A stretch of DNA of 32,682 nt, taken from positions 1 through 32,682 of IMG/VR virus record IMGVR_UViG_3300008255_000312, one strand, 5' to 3'. Made by a program: the position numbers and the translations under genes. Below the pieces are notes generated by a model that worked only from the letters and a program-made list of their open reading frames with translations, ran no database searches and was not told where the DNA came from. Numbering within the stretch: the first letter of the stretch is position 1; each line of letters begins with the position of its first letter. Shown here in pieces: positions 7,880-15,336 of the stretch. This DNA comes from a virus. Lineage: Duplodnaviria; Caudoviricetes.

Positions 7880-8592
7880 TCGCCATCCGCCGCAGGAAAC
7901 TCTATTTCCTCTTCGCGGATTTTGTCGGACGGCACGGAATGCTTGATTACCTCTTCCATCTCCGCGCAGTCAGCAAGTATGCCCTCAATCGACGGCGGAT
8001 CGCCGTATTGCCGCTTCATGCGCTCCCCCTCTTCCTGCATGTTCAGGTTGAGGCGGCGTGTCAGTTTTGCCCAGCGCTGTTTTGCGTCGGAGATGGCTTT
8101 GGCTTCGCGCTCGTGCTGATAACAGAACGCCTCGTTATCCAGCGGCTCGCCATCGTAAATCAGGAACGCCTTGAGCATTGCCATCTTCAGCGCGTAGCTT
8201 ACGGCCTTGCCCGGCCCTTTGTCGCTTTCGTCGACGCCGTAGCCGACGGAAAGAGACTCAGAAAAATCGCTGGGGTTGTCGATGTTGACGAATCTGACAG
8301 AGACGGTGAGGACGCAAAGGCCGCGCAGCTTGCCATAGATTTCCAGCGTTTTGAATTCATGCTCCACTACAGAGGTGGTTATGATGAATCGCCACTTTTC
8401 GGCGACTCCCTTCACGAGAGTAGACACGGCCTCGTGTCCGTGGAATTTGAATTTGATTCCGTCTTTTTCGGTTTTGACGAGGGGGCGAACATCGGCCATG
8501 GCCCCGTGCAGGCGCTGATAGATGTTGAGTTTGGCGACCTCGTCAAACCACTCGGGGGGGTACGTATAGGGTATATAGTTTTCGTTGCTCAT
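7876..8592 (-). CDS. ERF-family ssDNA-annealing recombinase
   Basis: NIYQRL..AM and GYGVDESDKGPGKAVSYALK...F.I motifs; near ssb. Confidence 0.85.
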   Translation of the reverse strand: MSNENYIPYTYPPEWFDEVAKLNIYQRLHGAMADVRPLVKTEKDGIKFKFHGHEAVSTLVKGVAEKWRFIITTSVVEHEFKTLEIYGKLRGLCVLTVSVRFVNIDNPSDFSESLSVGYGVDESDKGPGKAVSYALKMAMLKAFLIYDGEPLDNEAFCYQHEREAKAISDAKQRWAKLTRRLNLNMQEEGERMKRQYGDPPSIEGILADCAEMEEVIKHSVPSDKIREEEIEFPAADGE

Positions 8593-8628
8593 TTTTTGCT
8601 CCTTGGCTGGGGTTAACTTTGTAGCAGT

Positions 8629-9174
8629 TTATTCGCTTTTTATCAGATTGTCAAGCCCGTCGTTCTCCGTGTACGGGCACGTCAACCGCGCCCTGATTTG
8701 GTCCGCCATGCGCACGGGGTCCGCGCCCGTATTAATCGCGTAGAACGCTGCCCACGCCTCCGCCCACGTGCGCGCCGCCCTCGCCACGCCGCCGCCCTCG
8801 CCGCTACTCGCGCCGCCTCCACCGCCACTCGCCGCCGCGTCCGTCGCCCACGCAGCCCTCGCCGCCGCCGCCGCTACGGTTTCTGCTTGCCGCGCCGCCC
8901 TCGCGTCCGTAATCGGGGCGATGTCACGCAGCCCATGCGGGATCCCCGCGATGTCCAGGGCGTCTGCCGCCCAGCCGATGGCAAGGTCGGCGCAGGCATA
9001 GCCCTGCGCCACCGTGGGGTCGTTCTCCGCGATTAACCACAACATCCAACCGGGGTCAGGGCAGAGCGCCCAGGCCTGCTCCGGCGTCGTCTCCGCTGGC
9101 AGCGACCGGAGCCACGCCTTGGCCTCGGGGCACGCGTCGGGGTGATGGGTCTCGATGTAGTCAAGGGCGTTCAC
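8629..9174 (-). CDS. Ala-rich paralogue C (181 aa)
   Basis: GTG start with AGGAGG RBS and GTGA overlap; clear homology to paralogues A and B. Confidence 0.85.
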   Translation of the reverse strand: MNALDYIETHHPDACPEAKAWLRSLPAETTPEQAWALCPDPGWMLWLIAENDPTVAQGYACADLAIGWAADALDIAGIPHGLRDIAPITDARAARQAETVAAAAARAAWATDAAASGGGGGASSGEGGGVARAARTWAEAWAAFYAINTGADPVRMADQIRARLTCPYTENDGLDNLIKSE

Positions 9175-9323
9175 TTCACGATCCTCCTGCTGTCGCCGTC
9201 CATCCTTGCGCGGGATTCGTGCTCGCGCCAGATTACACGGCGATCCCGGCGCGGCTTGCGGGGAGCCGACCAGACGACCCACGCGGCGCACGCGATTGTC
9301 GCGACTGATAGTACAGTAATCAT
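9171..9323 (-). CDS. Small membrane-anchored basic protein (50 aa, MITVLSVATIACAAWVVWS...)
   Basis: Hand-translated; AAGGAGG RBS; 4-nt overlaps at both ends. Confidence 0.7.
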   Translation of the reverse strand: MITVLSVATIACAAWVVWSAPRKPRRDRRVIWREHESRARMDGDSRRIVK

Positions 9324-9604
9324 TGGCCGACCTCCTTTTTAAGGTAGAACCATAGCCCACAGCCGAGGCCAAGCTTAGCCGCCACGAGATCGTCGTTGCA
9401 GATGTACGGCGTCTCGCCGGTCGCATAGTGGTCTACGGCCCCCGCACGGTCGACCGTAAGCGCCGCAGCCGCATGCTCTGCGCTCCCGTTCGCCAGATCC
9501 TGTATGCAGAGGCGCGAAGCCTCTGCCTCTGAGTAGGCAAAGACGATCTCTGCGTTGCCGTCGATGGGGTCAATTTTCGTATTCGTGACTACGAATGCCT
9601 TCAT
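9320..9604 (-). CDS. Hypothetical protein (94 aa)
   Basis: AAGGAG RBS; ATGA overlaps. Confidence 0.8.
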   Translation of the reverse strand: MKAFVVTNTKIDPIDGNAEIVFAYSEAEASRLCIQDLANGSAEHAAAALTVDRAGAVDHYATGETPYICNDDLVAAKLGLGCGLWFYLKKEVGQ

Positions 9605-9762
9605 GATGTGTGCTCCTTGTCGAGTGCGAGGCGAATCCCCGCGCTGATATTGCCGTTGCCAAGTTTAATCGCTGTTTTGATCTGCTGAGGTGTGAGGCAG
9701 ACAGTGTATGGAGCCAAACGACTGCCGTACAGTGTTGGCCTGCCTGTTGTTTTTGGTGTCAT
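9601..9762 (-). CDS. Small DNA-binding protein, probably ribbon-helix-helix (53 aa)
   Basis: GRP N-arm, beta-strand YTVCL, then LGNGNISAGIRLAL; AAGGAG RBS. Confidence 0.7.
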   Translation of the reverse strand: MTPKTTGRPTLYGSRLAPYTVCLTPQQIKTAIKLGNGNISAGIRLALDKEHTS

Positions 9763-10304
9763 AGTTCGATCTCCTTGTACGGGCACGCGATGCGCGCCCG
9801 GATTTGGTCTGCCATTTTCACGGGGTCCGGGCCCGTATTAATCGCGCAGAACGCCGCCTCCGCCGCCATCTCCGCCGCGTCAGCCGCCCTTGCCTCCGCC
9901 GCCGCCGCCCACGCCGCTACTCGCGCCGCCTCCGCCGCCATCTCCGCCGCGTCAGCCGCCCTTGCCTCCGCCGCCGCCGCCCACGTCGCCCTCGCCGCCG
10001 CCTGCGCCTCCGCCGCTATGGTTTCTGCTTGCCGCGCCGTCTCACGATCTGTAATCGGGGCCAGGTCCCGCAGCCCATGCGGGATGCCCGCGAGGTCCAG
10101 GGCGTCCGCAGCCCAACCGATGGCCAGGTCCGCGCAAATATAACCCTGCTGTACCGTGGGTGAGAATCGAGACAGACTCGACAGCAGGTGATCAGGTCTA
10201 GAGGTCGCGTTCCACCAGTCTTCCATGGTTTGATGTTTCTGGATGTCGGATCTCCCCGGCTCACAGATGTTGGGAAATTGGACAAGATATTCTTGCGGTG
10301 TCAT
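9759..10304 (-). CDS. Ala-rich paralogue B (181 aa)
   Basis: Start MTPQEY; shares core and C-terminus with A; divergent N-terminus. Confidence 0.85.
   Translation of the reverse strand: MTPQEYLVQFPNICEPGRSDIQKHQTMEDWWNATSRPDHLLSSLSRFSPTVQQGYICADLAIGWAADALDLAGIPHGLRDLAPITDRETARQAETIAAEAQAAARATWAAAAEARAADAAEMAAEAARVAAWAAAAEARAADAAEMAAEAAFCAINTGPDPVKMADQIRARIACPYKEIEL
9852..9985. repeat. 62-bp internal duplication (72-bp period) in paralogue B
   Basis: 9852-9913 = 9924-9985; encodes WAAAAEARAADAAEMAAEAA twice. Confidence 0.9.
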
Positions 10305-10846
10305 AGTTCGATCTCCTTGTACGGGCACGCGATGCGCGCCCGGATTTGGTCTGCCATTTTCACGGGGTCCGGGCCCGTATTAATCGCGCAGAACGCCGCC
10401 CTCGCCGCCGCCCACGCCACCCACGCCACCCACGCCGCATCCGCCGCCGTCTCCGCCGTCTCCGCAGCCCACGCCGCCTTCGCCGCCGCCCGGGCCGTCC
10501 ACGCCGCATCCGCCGCCGCCTTCGCGTCGCTCGCGACCCCCACCGCGACCCCCACCGCCTCCGCCGCCGTCTCACGATCCGTAATCGGGGCCAGGTCCCG
10601 CAGCCCATGCGGGATGCCCGCGAGGTCCAGGGCGTCTGCCGCCCAGCCGATGGCCAGGTCCGCGCAAATATAACCCTGCTCTACCGTGGGGCTGCTCTTC
10701 GAGAGTAGCCACAGCATCCAGGTGGGGTCAGGGCAGATCGCCCACGCCTGGTCTAGCGTCGTGTCCTCAGGTAGCGACCGGAGCCATTCCCGCGCCTCGG
10801 GGCACGCGGCGGGGTGATGGGTCTCGATGTAGTCAATAGCGTTCAT
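10301..10846 (-). CDS. Ala-rich paralogue A (181 aa)
   Basis: Start MNAIDY, GGAGG RBS, ATGA overlap; ACPEAREW and WMLWL motifs. Confidence 0.85.
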   Translation of the reverse strand: MNAIDYIETHHPAACPEAREWLRSLPEDTTLDQAWAICPDPTWMLWLLSKSSPTVEQGYICADLAIGWAADALDLAGIPHGLRDLAPITDRETAAEAVGVAVGVASDAKAAADAAWTARAAAKAAWAAETAETAADAAWVAWVAWAAARAAFCAINTGPDPVKMADQIRARIACPYKEIEL

Positions 10847-11163
10847 TTCGCGTCCTCCGTGTCGTCGAACACAGGCAGGGGGCCAGCCAGACCCGCCAGC
10901 CACTGCGCAGCAGCCGCTACGTGGAGCCCGCCCTTGCGGAGGGCCCGAGAAAACCCGAGCGGGTAAACCATGCCGAACAGGTAGGTACTGGGTTCCCCCG
11001 CGCCCTCCGCGTAGTAACCGAACCTATGCTCCGCGTAGATGTAGGTGTTACAGATCTCCGCGTCGAGCTCTTCGGCTTTGGCGCGAATCCAGGCCTCGGC
11101 CAGCTCGCCGGTCCCGAAAATCCGGGCGTCGTGGGCGATGCGGGCGATGTAAAAAACGCTCAT
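10843..11163 (-). CDS. Early hypothetical protein (106 aa)
   Basis: Extended RBS CCAACCAAGGAGATCG. Confidence 0.8.
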   Translation of the reverse strand: MSVFYIARIAHDARIFGTGELAEAWIRAKAEELDAEICNTYIYAEHRFGYYAEGAGEPSTYLFGMVYPLGFSRALRKGGLHVAAAAQWLAGLAGPLPVFDDTEDAK

Positions 11164-11168
11164 TTCGA

Positions 11169-11191
11169 TCTCCTTGGTTGGTTGCCGTTTC
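11169..11191 (-). promoter_or_regulatory. 23-nt start-associated leader GAAACGGCAACCAACCAAGGAGA, copy 2
   Basis: Identical to 11550-11572; ends in the SD sequence. Confidence 0.9.
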
Positions 11192-11195
11192 CGGG

Positions 11196-11543
11196 TTAGT
11201 AGGTGAGGCAGATCCGGCAGTCGTCTGCGTCGACGACGGCCATCGTTACGCGACGCTGGCCTTTGGCTACCTGTATTCCTTCGTAGATAATATAGCCGTC
11301 ACCTTCGACGCGGTGGCCGCGTTCTTTCCAGTGTTCCGATCTGGATCTGTCAAAATCGGCGAGGGTCTCCTGCGTCGCGGCGACGGCGTAATCGATGCCG
11401 GGATCATCAGAATGACTTCCAAAGGCTTTTTGTCCGACCGCCACAATCAGGTCCCAGGCTGCATCGGGGCAAGCGTGAAGGCTGGGCAGGTTTTCGTCTT
11501 CGATGCAGCATTCGTTCTCTTCCAGGTACTCAGCTTTGGTCAT
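11196..11543 (-). CDS. First early gene, hypothetical acidic protein (115 aa)
   Basis: Directly after the early promoter; extended RBS. Confidence 0.8.
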   Translation of the reverse strand: MTKAEYLEENECCIEDENLPSLHACPDAAWDLIVAVGQKAFGSHSDDPGIDYAVAATQETLADFDRSRSEHWKERGHRVEGDGYIIYEGIQVAKGQRRVTMAVVDADDCRICLTY

Positions 11544-11549
11544 CGTCTC

Positions 11550-11572
11550 TCTCCTTGGTTGGTTGCCGTTTC
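11550..11572 (-). promoter_or_regulatory. 23-nt start-associated leader, copy 1
   Basis: Identical to 11169-11191. Confidence 0.9.
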
Positions 11573-11582
11573 TCGTAACTTA

Positions 11583-11611
11583 ATTATTACATAAATAAGT
11601 CTGCCTGTCAA
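11583..11611 (-). promoter_or_regulatory. Early promoter TTGACA-N17-AATAAT with extended TG
   Basis: Perfect -35, 5/6 -10, AT-rich intergenic island downstream of the terminator. Confidence 0.8.
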
Positions 11612-11629
11612 CACTGAAATTTTGTGCAG

Positions 11630-11675
11630 CAAAACAAAACGGCCCCGCCCATCACTACAGGTGATAGACGAGGCC
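11630..11675 (-). terminator. Intrinsic terminator ending the late/lysis transcript
   Basis: 15-bp stem GGCCUCGUCUAUCAC/GUGAUGGGCGGGGCC (3 G-U pairs, fully paired only on - strand) followed by GUUUUGUUUU. Confidence 0.85.
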
Positions 11676-11692
11676 GCCAACCAAGGAGATCG

Positions 11693-11806
11693 TTAGAAGC
11701 CGAACAGCGCGATGGCCTCCACGAGGGTGGCCAGTAGAAGACTTAGGTAGTCGGTCAGATTTGAAATCAGGCCGGAGATCGCGGAAAACAGATCGTCAAA
11801 TACCAT
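11693..11806 (-). CDS. 37-aa amphipathic peptide MVFDDLFSAISGLISNLTDYLSLLLATLVEAIALFGF
   Basis: Hand-translated; AAAGGA RBS; fills the gap between holin and terminator. Confidence 0.75.
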   Translation of the reverse strand: MVFDDLFSAISGLISNLTDYLSLLLATLVEAIALFGF

Positions 11807-11824
11807 GGTAGTGTTGTCCTTTCG

Positions 11825-12046
11825 TCAGTAGCCGGAGGGCGTACTGCGGTTTTTGTTTTTGCGCACGTTGTTGACGGCTTTCGCAACAGCGGCGATTGCA
11901 CCGATCCCGATGGCAATCGCCGTGCTGCTGCCGACATCGCCGTCGGGAATGTCCACGGTGGCGAGCGCGGCACCAATGGCCCCGGCGTAGGTGCCGAAAG
12001 CTATTGCCGCCTTTTTGGCCGTGATGGCCCACTTAAATCGTTTCAT
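11825..12046 (-). CDS. Putative holin (2 hydrophobic segments, basic C-tail)
   Basis: Follows the endolysin; NNVRKNKNR tail; alternative start at 12073. Confidence 0.65.
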   Translation of the reverse strand: MKRFKWAITAKKAAIAFGTYAGAIGAALATVDIPDGDVGSSTAIAIGIGAIAAVAKAVNNVRKNKNRSTPSGY

Positions 12047-12079
12047 TTTTTTACGTCTCCCTATTGATGCCATAGTATA

Positions 12080-12874
12080 TCACCGCCAGCCCTGCGCATA
12101 AAACCACCCCGACCGGCTCAGAACGTCGGCAGAGTAATCGCGATGGGCTGTGTAGTAGTCGATGTCGAGGCCCGCCCCGAGCGCCCTGGTCACGTTTCTG
12201 GCGCCGCAGTTGTAGGCTGCAATAGCCAGCCTCAGCACGTGGGCAGGCGCGTTGCCACGGCCCTGGAAGAATTTGATGTTACCGGCGAGCGTCTTGGCCC
12301 CGTATTCGATATTCAGGGCAGGGTCGCGCCATTGGCCAGTACGAGCGAATTCGTGGGCGCTGAAATCGATCTGCATGAGGCCTCGGCCATAGCCTTGCCC
12401 GTCCACAGGAAGCCCACCCTTGCGCGGGACGAAGTCACCGGTGCCACCCGGGCCCGGAGGCCGCAGCGCCATACCCCAGCCGCTCTCGCGGGAACCAACG
12501 CCTGCGATTACACATTGTGGCACCCGGTATTCCATCGACGCATTGCCGATGGCGTCCCAATATTTCGCGGCCTCCCGTGCGTGGGCAGACAAAACGCCGT
12601 CGTTTTTTTCGCGGGCCGTCGGAAATTCCATGTCGCCGTGCCAGACCTTGCCGTCAAGCGCAGCCCACGTGATCGGGCCTATGATGCCATCGGCAAGCAG
12701 CCCGCGCTTTTGCTGGAATCGGACCACCGCCGCCTCTGTGCCCTCGCCGAAATACCCGTCGGGGTCGACTTCCTCCCCTGCGTCCTGTAACAGGGTCTGA
12801 GCGCGCAGCACTTCGTCACGCAGATCCGGCGAGGTATGCGGGTAGCCATCAAACAGCCGTAGTACAGTGGTCAT
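12080..12874 (-). CDS. Endolysin: peptidoglycan-binding domain plus goose-type lysozyme/GH23 domain
   Basis: DGYFGEGTEAAVVRFQ..GLLADGIIGPITW; SRES, GLMQID, AAYNCG, DYSADV. Confidence 0.93.
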   Translation of the reverse strand: MTTVLRLFDGYPHTSPDLRDEVLRAQTLLQDAGEEVDPDGYFGEGTEAAVVRFQQKRGLLADGIIGPITWAALDGKVWHGDMEFPTAREKNDGVLSAHAREAAKYWDAIGNASMEYRVPQCVIAGVGSRESGWGMALRPPGPGGTGDFVPRKGGLPVDGQGYGRGLMQIDFSAHEFARTGQWRDPALNIEYGAKTLAGNIKFFQGRGNAPAHVLRLAIAAYNCGARNVTRALGAGLDIDYYTAHRDYSADVLSRSGWFYAQGWR

Positions 12875-13161
12875 TTGCGGCGCTCCTGCAAACGCGTGAG
12901 GGCCTCGCGCACGTCGGCAGCGACCGTGGAGAGCTGGCTTTTCACGCCATCGAGCAGGCGAAAGATGTCGTCAATGCGATCATCCATCTCGGATTGCCTG
13001 CGCTCCATCTCTGCGACTCTCTGCGCCAACACGTGATCTCCTGTCTCCGGTTTGTCCACCGGCTTCCGGGTAAAAATCGCGCCAATCACACCGCCTATAA
13101 GGGTGCCCACGGCTGCAACTCCTGCTATCCAGCTCGGCAACTCCCCTCCAGGCTCTGCCAT
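12871..13161 (-). CDS. Membrane-anchored coiled-coil lysis-cassette protein (holin-like)
   Basis: One N-terminal TM helix plus coiled coil; ATGA-coupled to the endolysin. Confidence 0.65.
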   Translation of the reverse strand: MAEPGGELPSWIAGVAAVGTLIGGVIGAIFTRKPVDKPETGDHVLAQRVAEMERRQSEMDDRIDDIFRLLDGVKSQLSTVAADVREALTRLQERRK

Positions 13162-13164
13162 CGG

Positions 13165-13683
13165 TTACAGGCCCGACCAGTACGTGGCAAGCTCGGCGGC
13201 GGCAAGCGCCCCGTCGTTATTCGCGTCAATGGCCGCGAAGATAAAGTCTGGCAGGCCTGTTTCAGAGGGCTGCAATACGCCGTCCTTGTCGATGTCGGCA
13301 CCGCTACGTATTTTCGATAGCTGGTTGTTGTAGAAAACCTTTAGCGTATTTTGTCGCGCCTGCACCGCCGTCGGTCGTTTTCGTGCGCGTTTTTTGAAGT
13401 CGCGATCCGCCAGCTTCACCCGCTCTGCCGTGGCGGCATCGATGGCCGCAAGCTGTGCAGTCAACGCGGTTTTTTCCGCGCCGTCCGGCAACTCAGCGAG
13501 GTCGGCCCGCGCCGATTCCACCGTGGCGGCAGTGGCCGCAGTGTCGGCCTGAATGAAGGCCAGCAGATCGCGCTCGTACTCCACACGCGCCTGTTGCAGC
13601 CAAGCCGCCTCGCCCCGTGCGAGTTCGATACCGTCAATGGTGTAGGTGGCCCCAATGGCCGCGATTAAAATTGCAGTTAACAT
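13165..13683 (-). CDS. Coiled-coil protein with two C-terminal EF-hand loops and hydrophobic N-terminus
   Basis: DIDKDGVLQPSE and DANNDGALAAAE match the 12-residue EF-hand loop. Confidence 0.8.
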   Translation of the reverse strand: MLTAILIAAIGATYTIDGIELARGEAAWLQQARVEYERDLLAFIQADTAATAATVESARADLAELPDGAEKTALTAQLAAIDAATAERVKLADRDFKKRARKRPTAVQARQNTLKVFYNNQLSKIRSGADIDKDGVLQPSETGLPDFIFAAIDANNDGALAAAELATYWSGL

Positions 13684-13696
13684 GGTGTGTTAATCC

Positions 13697-14296
13697 TTAT
13701 CGGTTGAAAAACAGGAAGAATTCGCCTTCACCCTCACCCTCACCCTCGCCTTCCGCAGCGAGGGTATAGTCGACGTTAATCTCGAAATTATTGGTGTCAA
13801 CCCACACGTCGTCCAGATCACCACCCCCGTCGTCTAAACAATACAGCCCAACGCTGATTGAATTGACCTCGGTTGCTGTTGGGGTAATCCCCCATATAGT
13901 GAATACGTCCGTAGCGGAGCCGTGCGAATAAGTAGCATACGAAGTAGTGTAGTTGGCCGATGTATATAAATCATTTCCGACCGCAACGCCGCCAATTCGT
14001 ATCCGGAACCCATATTCGGCCATGTCGGTGGCCGTATTAGATTTGGCGGAGTATCGGAAACGGATGCCGTCGATGGTGGCGTCTGAAGGTATGCCGAGAG
14101 CCCATGTGACAACGAGCGTGTTTGTCCCACCACCCGTATCAAGGTTCATCGTCGAATAGACGCCAGACGCATTCGTCCAATTTATTCCATCACCGTCGGA
14201 CAACTGAGATACAGAACTAAGTGCAGTCCATCCCGTCTCGACGGCACCCACGGTGCCGCAGAGCAGCAAGATCAGAGCAATCAAATACCTCATCAT
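13697..14296 (-). CDS. Predicted secreted beta-rich protein with (EG)n tail
   Basis: MMRYLIALILLLCGTVGA signal-like N-terminus; EGEGEGEGEGEFFLFFNR C-terminus. Confidence 0.8.
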   Translation of the reverse strand: MMRYLIALILLLCGTVGAVETGWTALSSVSQLSDGDGINWTNASGVYSTMNLDTGGGTNTLVVTWALGIPSDATIDGIRFRYSAKSNTATDMAEYGFRIRIGGVAVGNDLYTSANYTTSYATYSHGSATDVFTIWGITPTATEVNSISVGLYCLDDGGGDLDDVWVDTNNFEINVDYTLAAEGEGEGEGEGEFFLFFNR

Positions 14297-15285
14297 GGGG
14301 CAAGCTCCTTATACGCCACGAGATGCCACTGGCTCAGGTATTCCACCCGAATGAATCCGTAGACGCTCATGTTGCCGTTCACTGCCGTCACCGCCGTCAT
14401 GCTGGCGTTCAGGCCATCCGCCGCCACAAACTCCGCGTTCCACGCCAGCGTGTAGCCGCCAGCCACTTGGGTGACGACGAATATCACCATCTGCCCGTCG
14501 AATTCTGTACCGCTCGACGCTGCTACCGTGGTGTTCTCGCTCAGCGTATGACTAAACGTCTGCCCATTATCCGAGTTCCACGCCGCCGCGTTGGACGACG
14601 ATGTCACGCTCGTGGGCGTCTGCAACATCGTGCGGACCTGCAATGGCGTTAGCGCCGTGATGTCGCCCGTGCTGGCACCCGCCGCCCGTCCTGCTATCGT
14701 CGACTGTGCTATCTGCGCCACGTTGGCCAGCGGTAGATCGCCCGCCACCTCCGCCGTGGCGAGGTCCACCGCCGTGGTGCTCGATCCGCTACCCGTAAAC
14801 AGGGATGCCGTGAGTGTGTCAGATACTTGCGAATCCGCGATGGTGCCGGTTATATCGGTAGTGACATCAACCTGCCCACGCACGAGATCCTGACCTGATA
14901 GCGTGATGTAATCGTAGGCACCAGATACGGTCACTGCGTCATGCAGCCCGCTGGTGAGCGCCAAGGTCCCCGATGCATCCGGCAGGGTGTAAGTCCGATC
15001 CGTGCCGGTCGCGATTCCCGAGGCCTCAAATGCGATCTGTTTCGTGGCGTCGCCGTTGTCCTGAATGCGGAAGTCCGAGTCCGACACAGTGGAAACGTTC
15101 AGCCCGGTGATTCCCGCGCCGCCCCCGACAAACTCCGTGGCCGTCACTGTGCCGGTACTGCCCTGGAGGGTGATCGTGGTACTGGTAGGACTCGGGCCGA
15201 TCTTGAGTACGCTGAACTGGTTTTGCGCAACAGCCGCCAGCATGATAATGCAGACAATGCCGAGCGCTAAATATCGCTTTTTCAT
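14293..15285 (-). CDS. Tail-fibre-like protein with N-terminal signal peptide
   Basis: MKKRYLALGIVCIIMLAAVA|Q; Thr/Ser/Gly-rich body with fibre-like segments (DATKQIAFEASGI..GT.RTYTLPDASGTLAL). Confidence 0.7.
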   Translation of the reverse strand: MKKRYLALGIVCIIMLAAVAQNQFSVLKIGPSPTSTTITLQGSTGTVTATEFVGGGAGITGLNVSTVSDSDFRIQDNGDATKQIAFEASGIATGTDRTYTLPDASGTLALTSGLHDAVTVSGAYDYITLSGQDLVRGQVDVTTDITGTIADSQVSDTLTASLFTGSGSSTTAVDLATAEVAGDLPLANVAQIAQSTIAGRAAGASTGDITALTPLQVRTMLQTPTSVTSSSNAAAWNSDNGQTFSHTLSENTTVAASSGTEFDGQMVIFVVTQVAGGYTLAWNAEFVAADGLNASMTAVTAVNGNMSVYGFIRVEYLSQWHLVAYKELAP

Positions 15286-15307
15286 AGGTGTATACTCCGT
15301 GTTTTCC

Positions 15308-15336
15308 AGTATACCATATCAGGCCTGGTCTGTCAG
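15308..15336 (-). promoter_or_regulatory. Promoter CTGACA-N17-TATACT with extended TG
   Basis: 5/6 at both boxes, 17-nt spacer, immediately upstream of the gene starting at 15285. Confidence 0.65.

Larger units (their letters stand above)
9755..10400. repeat. 104-bp perfect direct repeat (9755-9858 = 10297-10400), 542-bp period
   Basis: Direct base-by-base comparison. Confidence 0.95.

Noticed and set aside
8629-10846. Diversity-generating retroelement (TR/VR pairs)
   Set aside because: No reverse transcriptase ORF; all repeat copies are coding; differences are not adenine-specific.
12074-12102. Internal holin promoter (TG-A-TATACT)
   Set aside because: Good extended -10 but poor -35 (TTTATG); not enough support to call.
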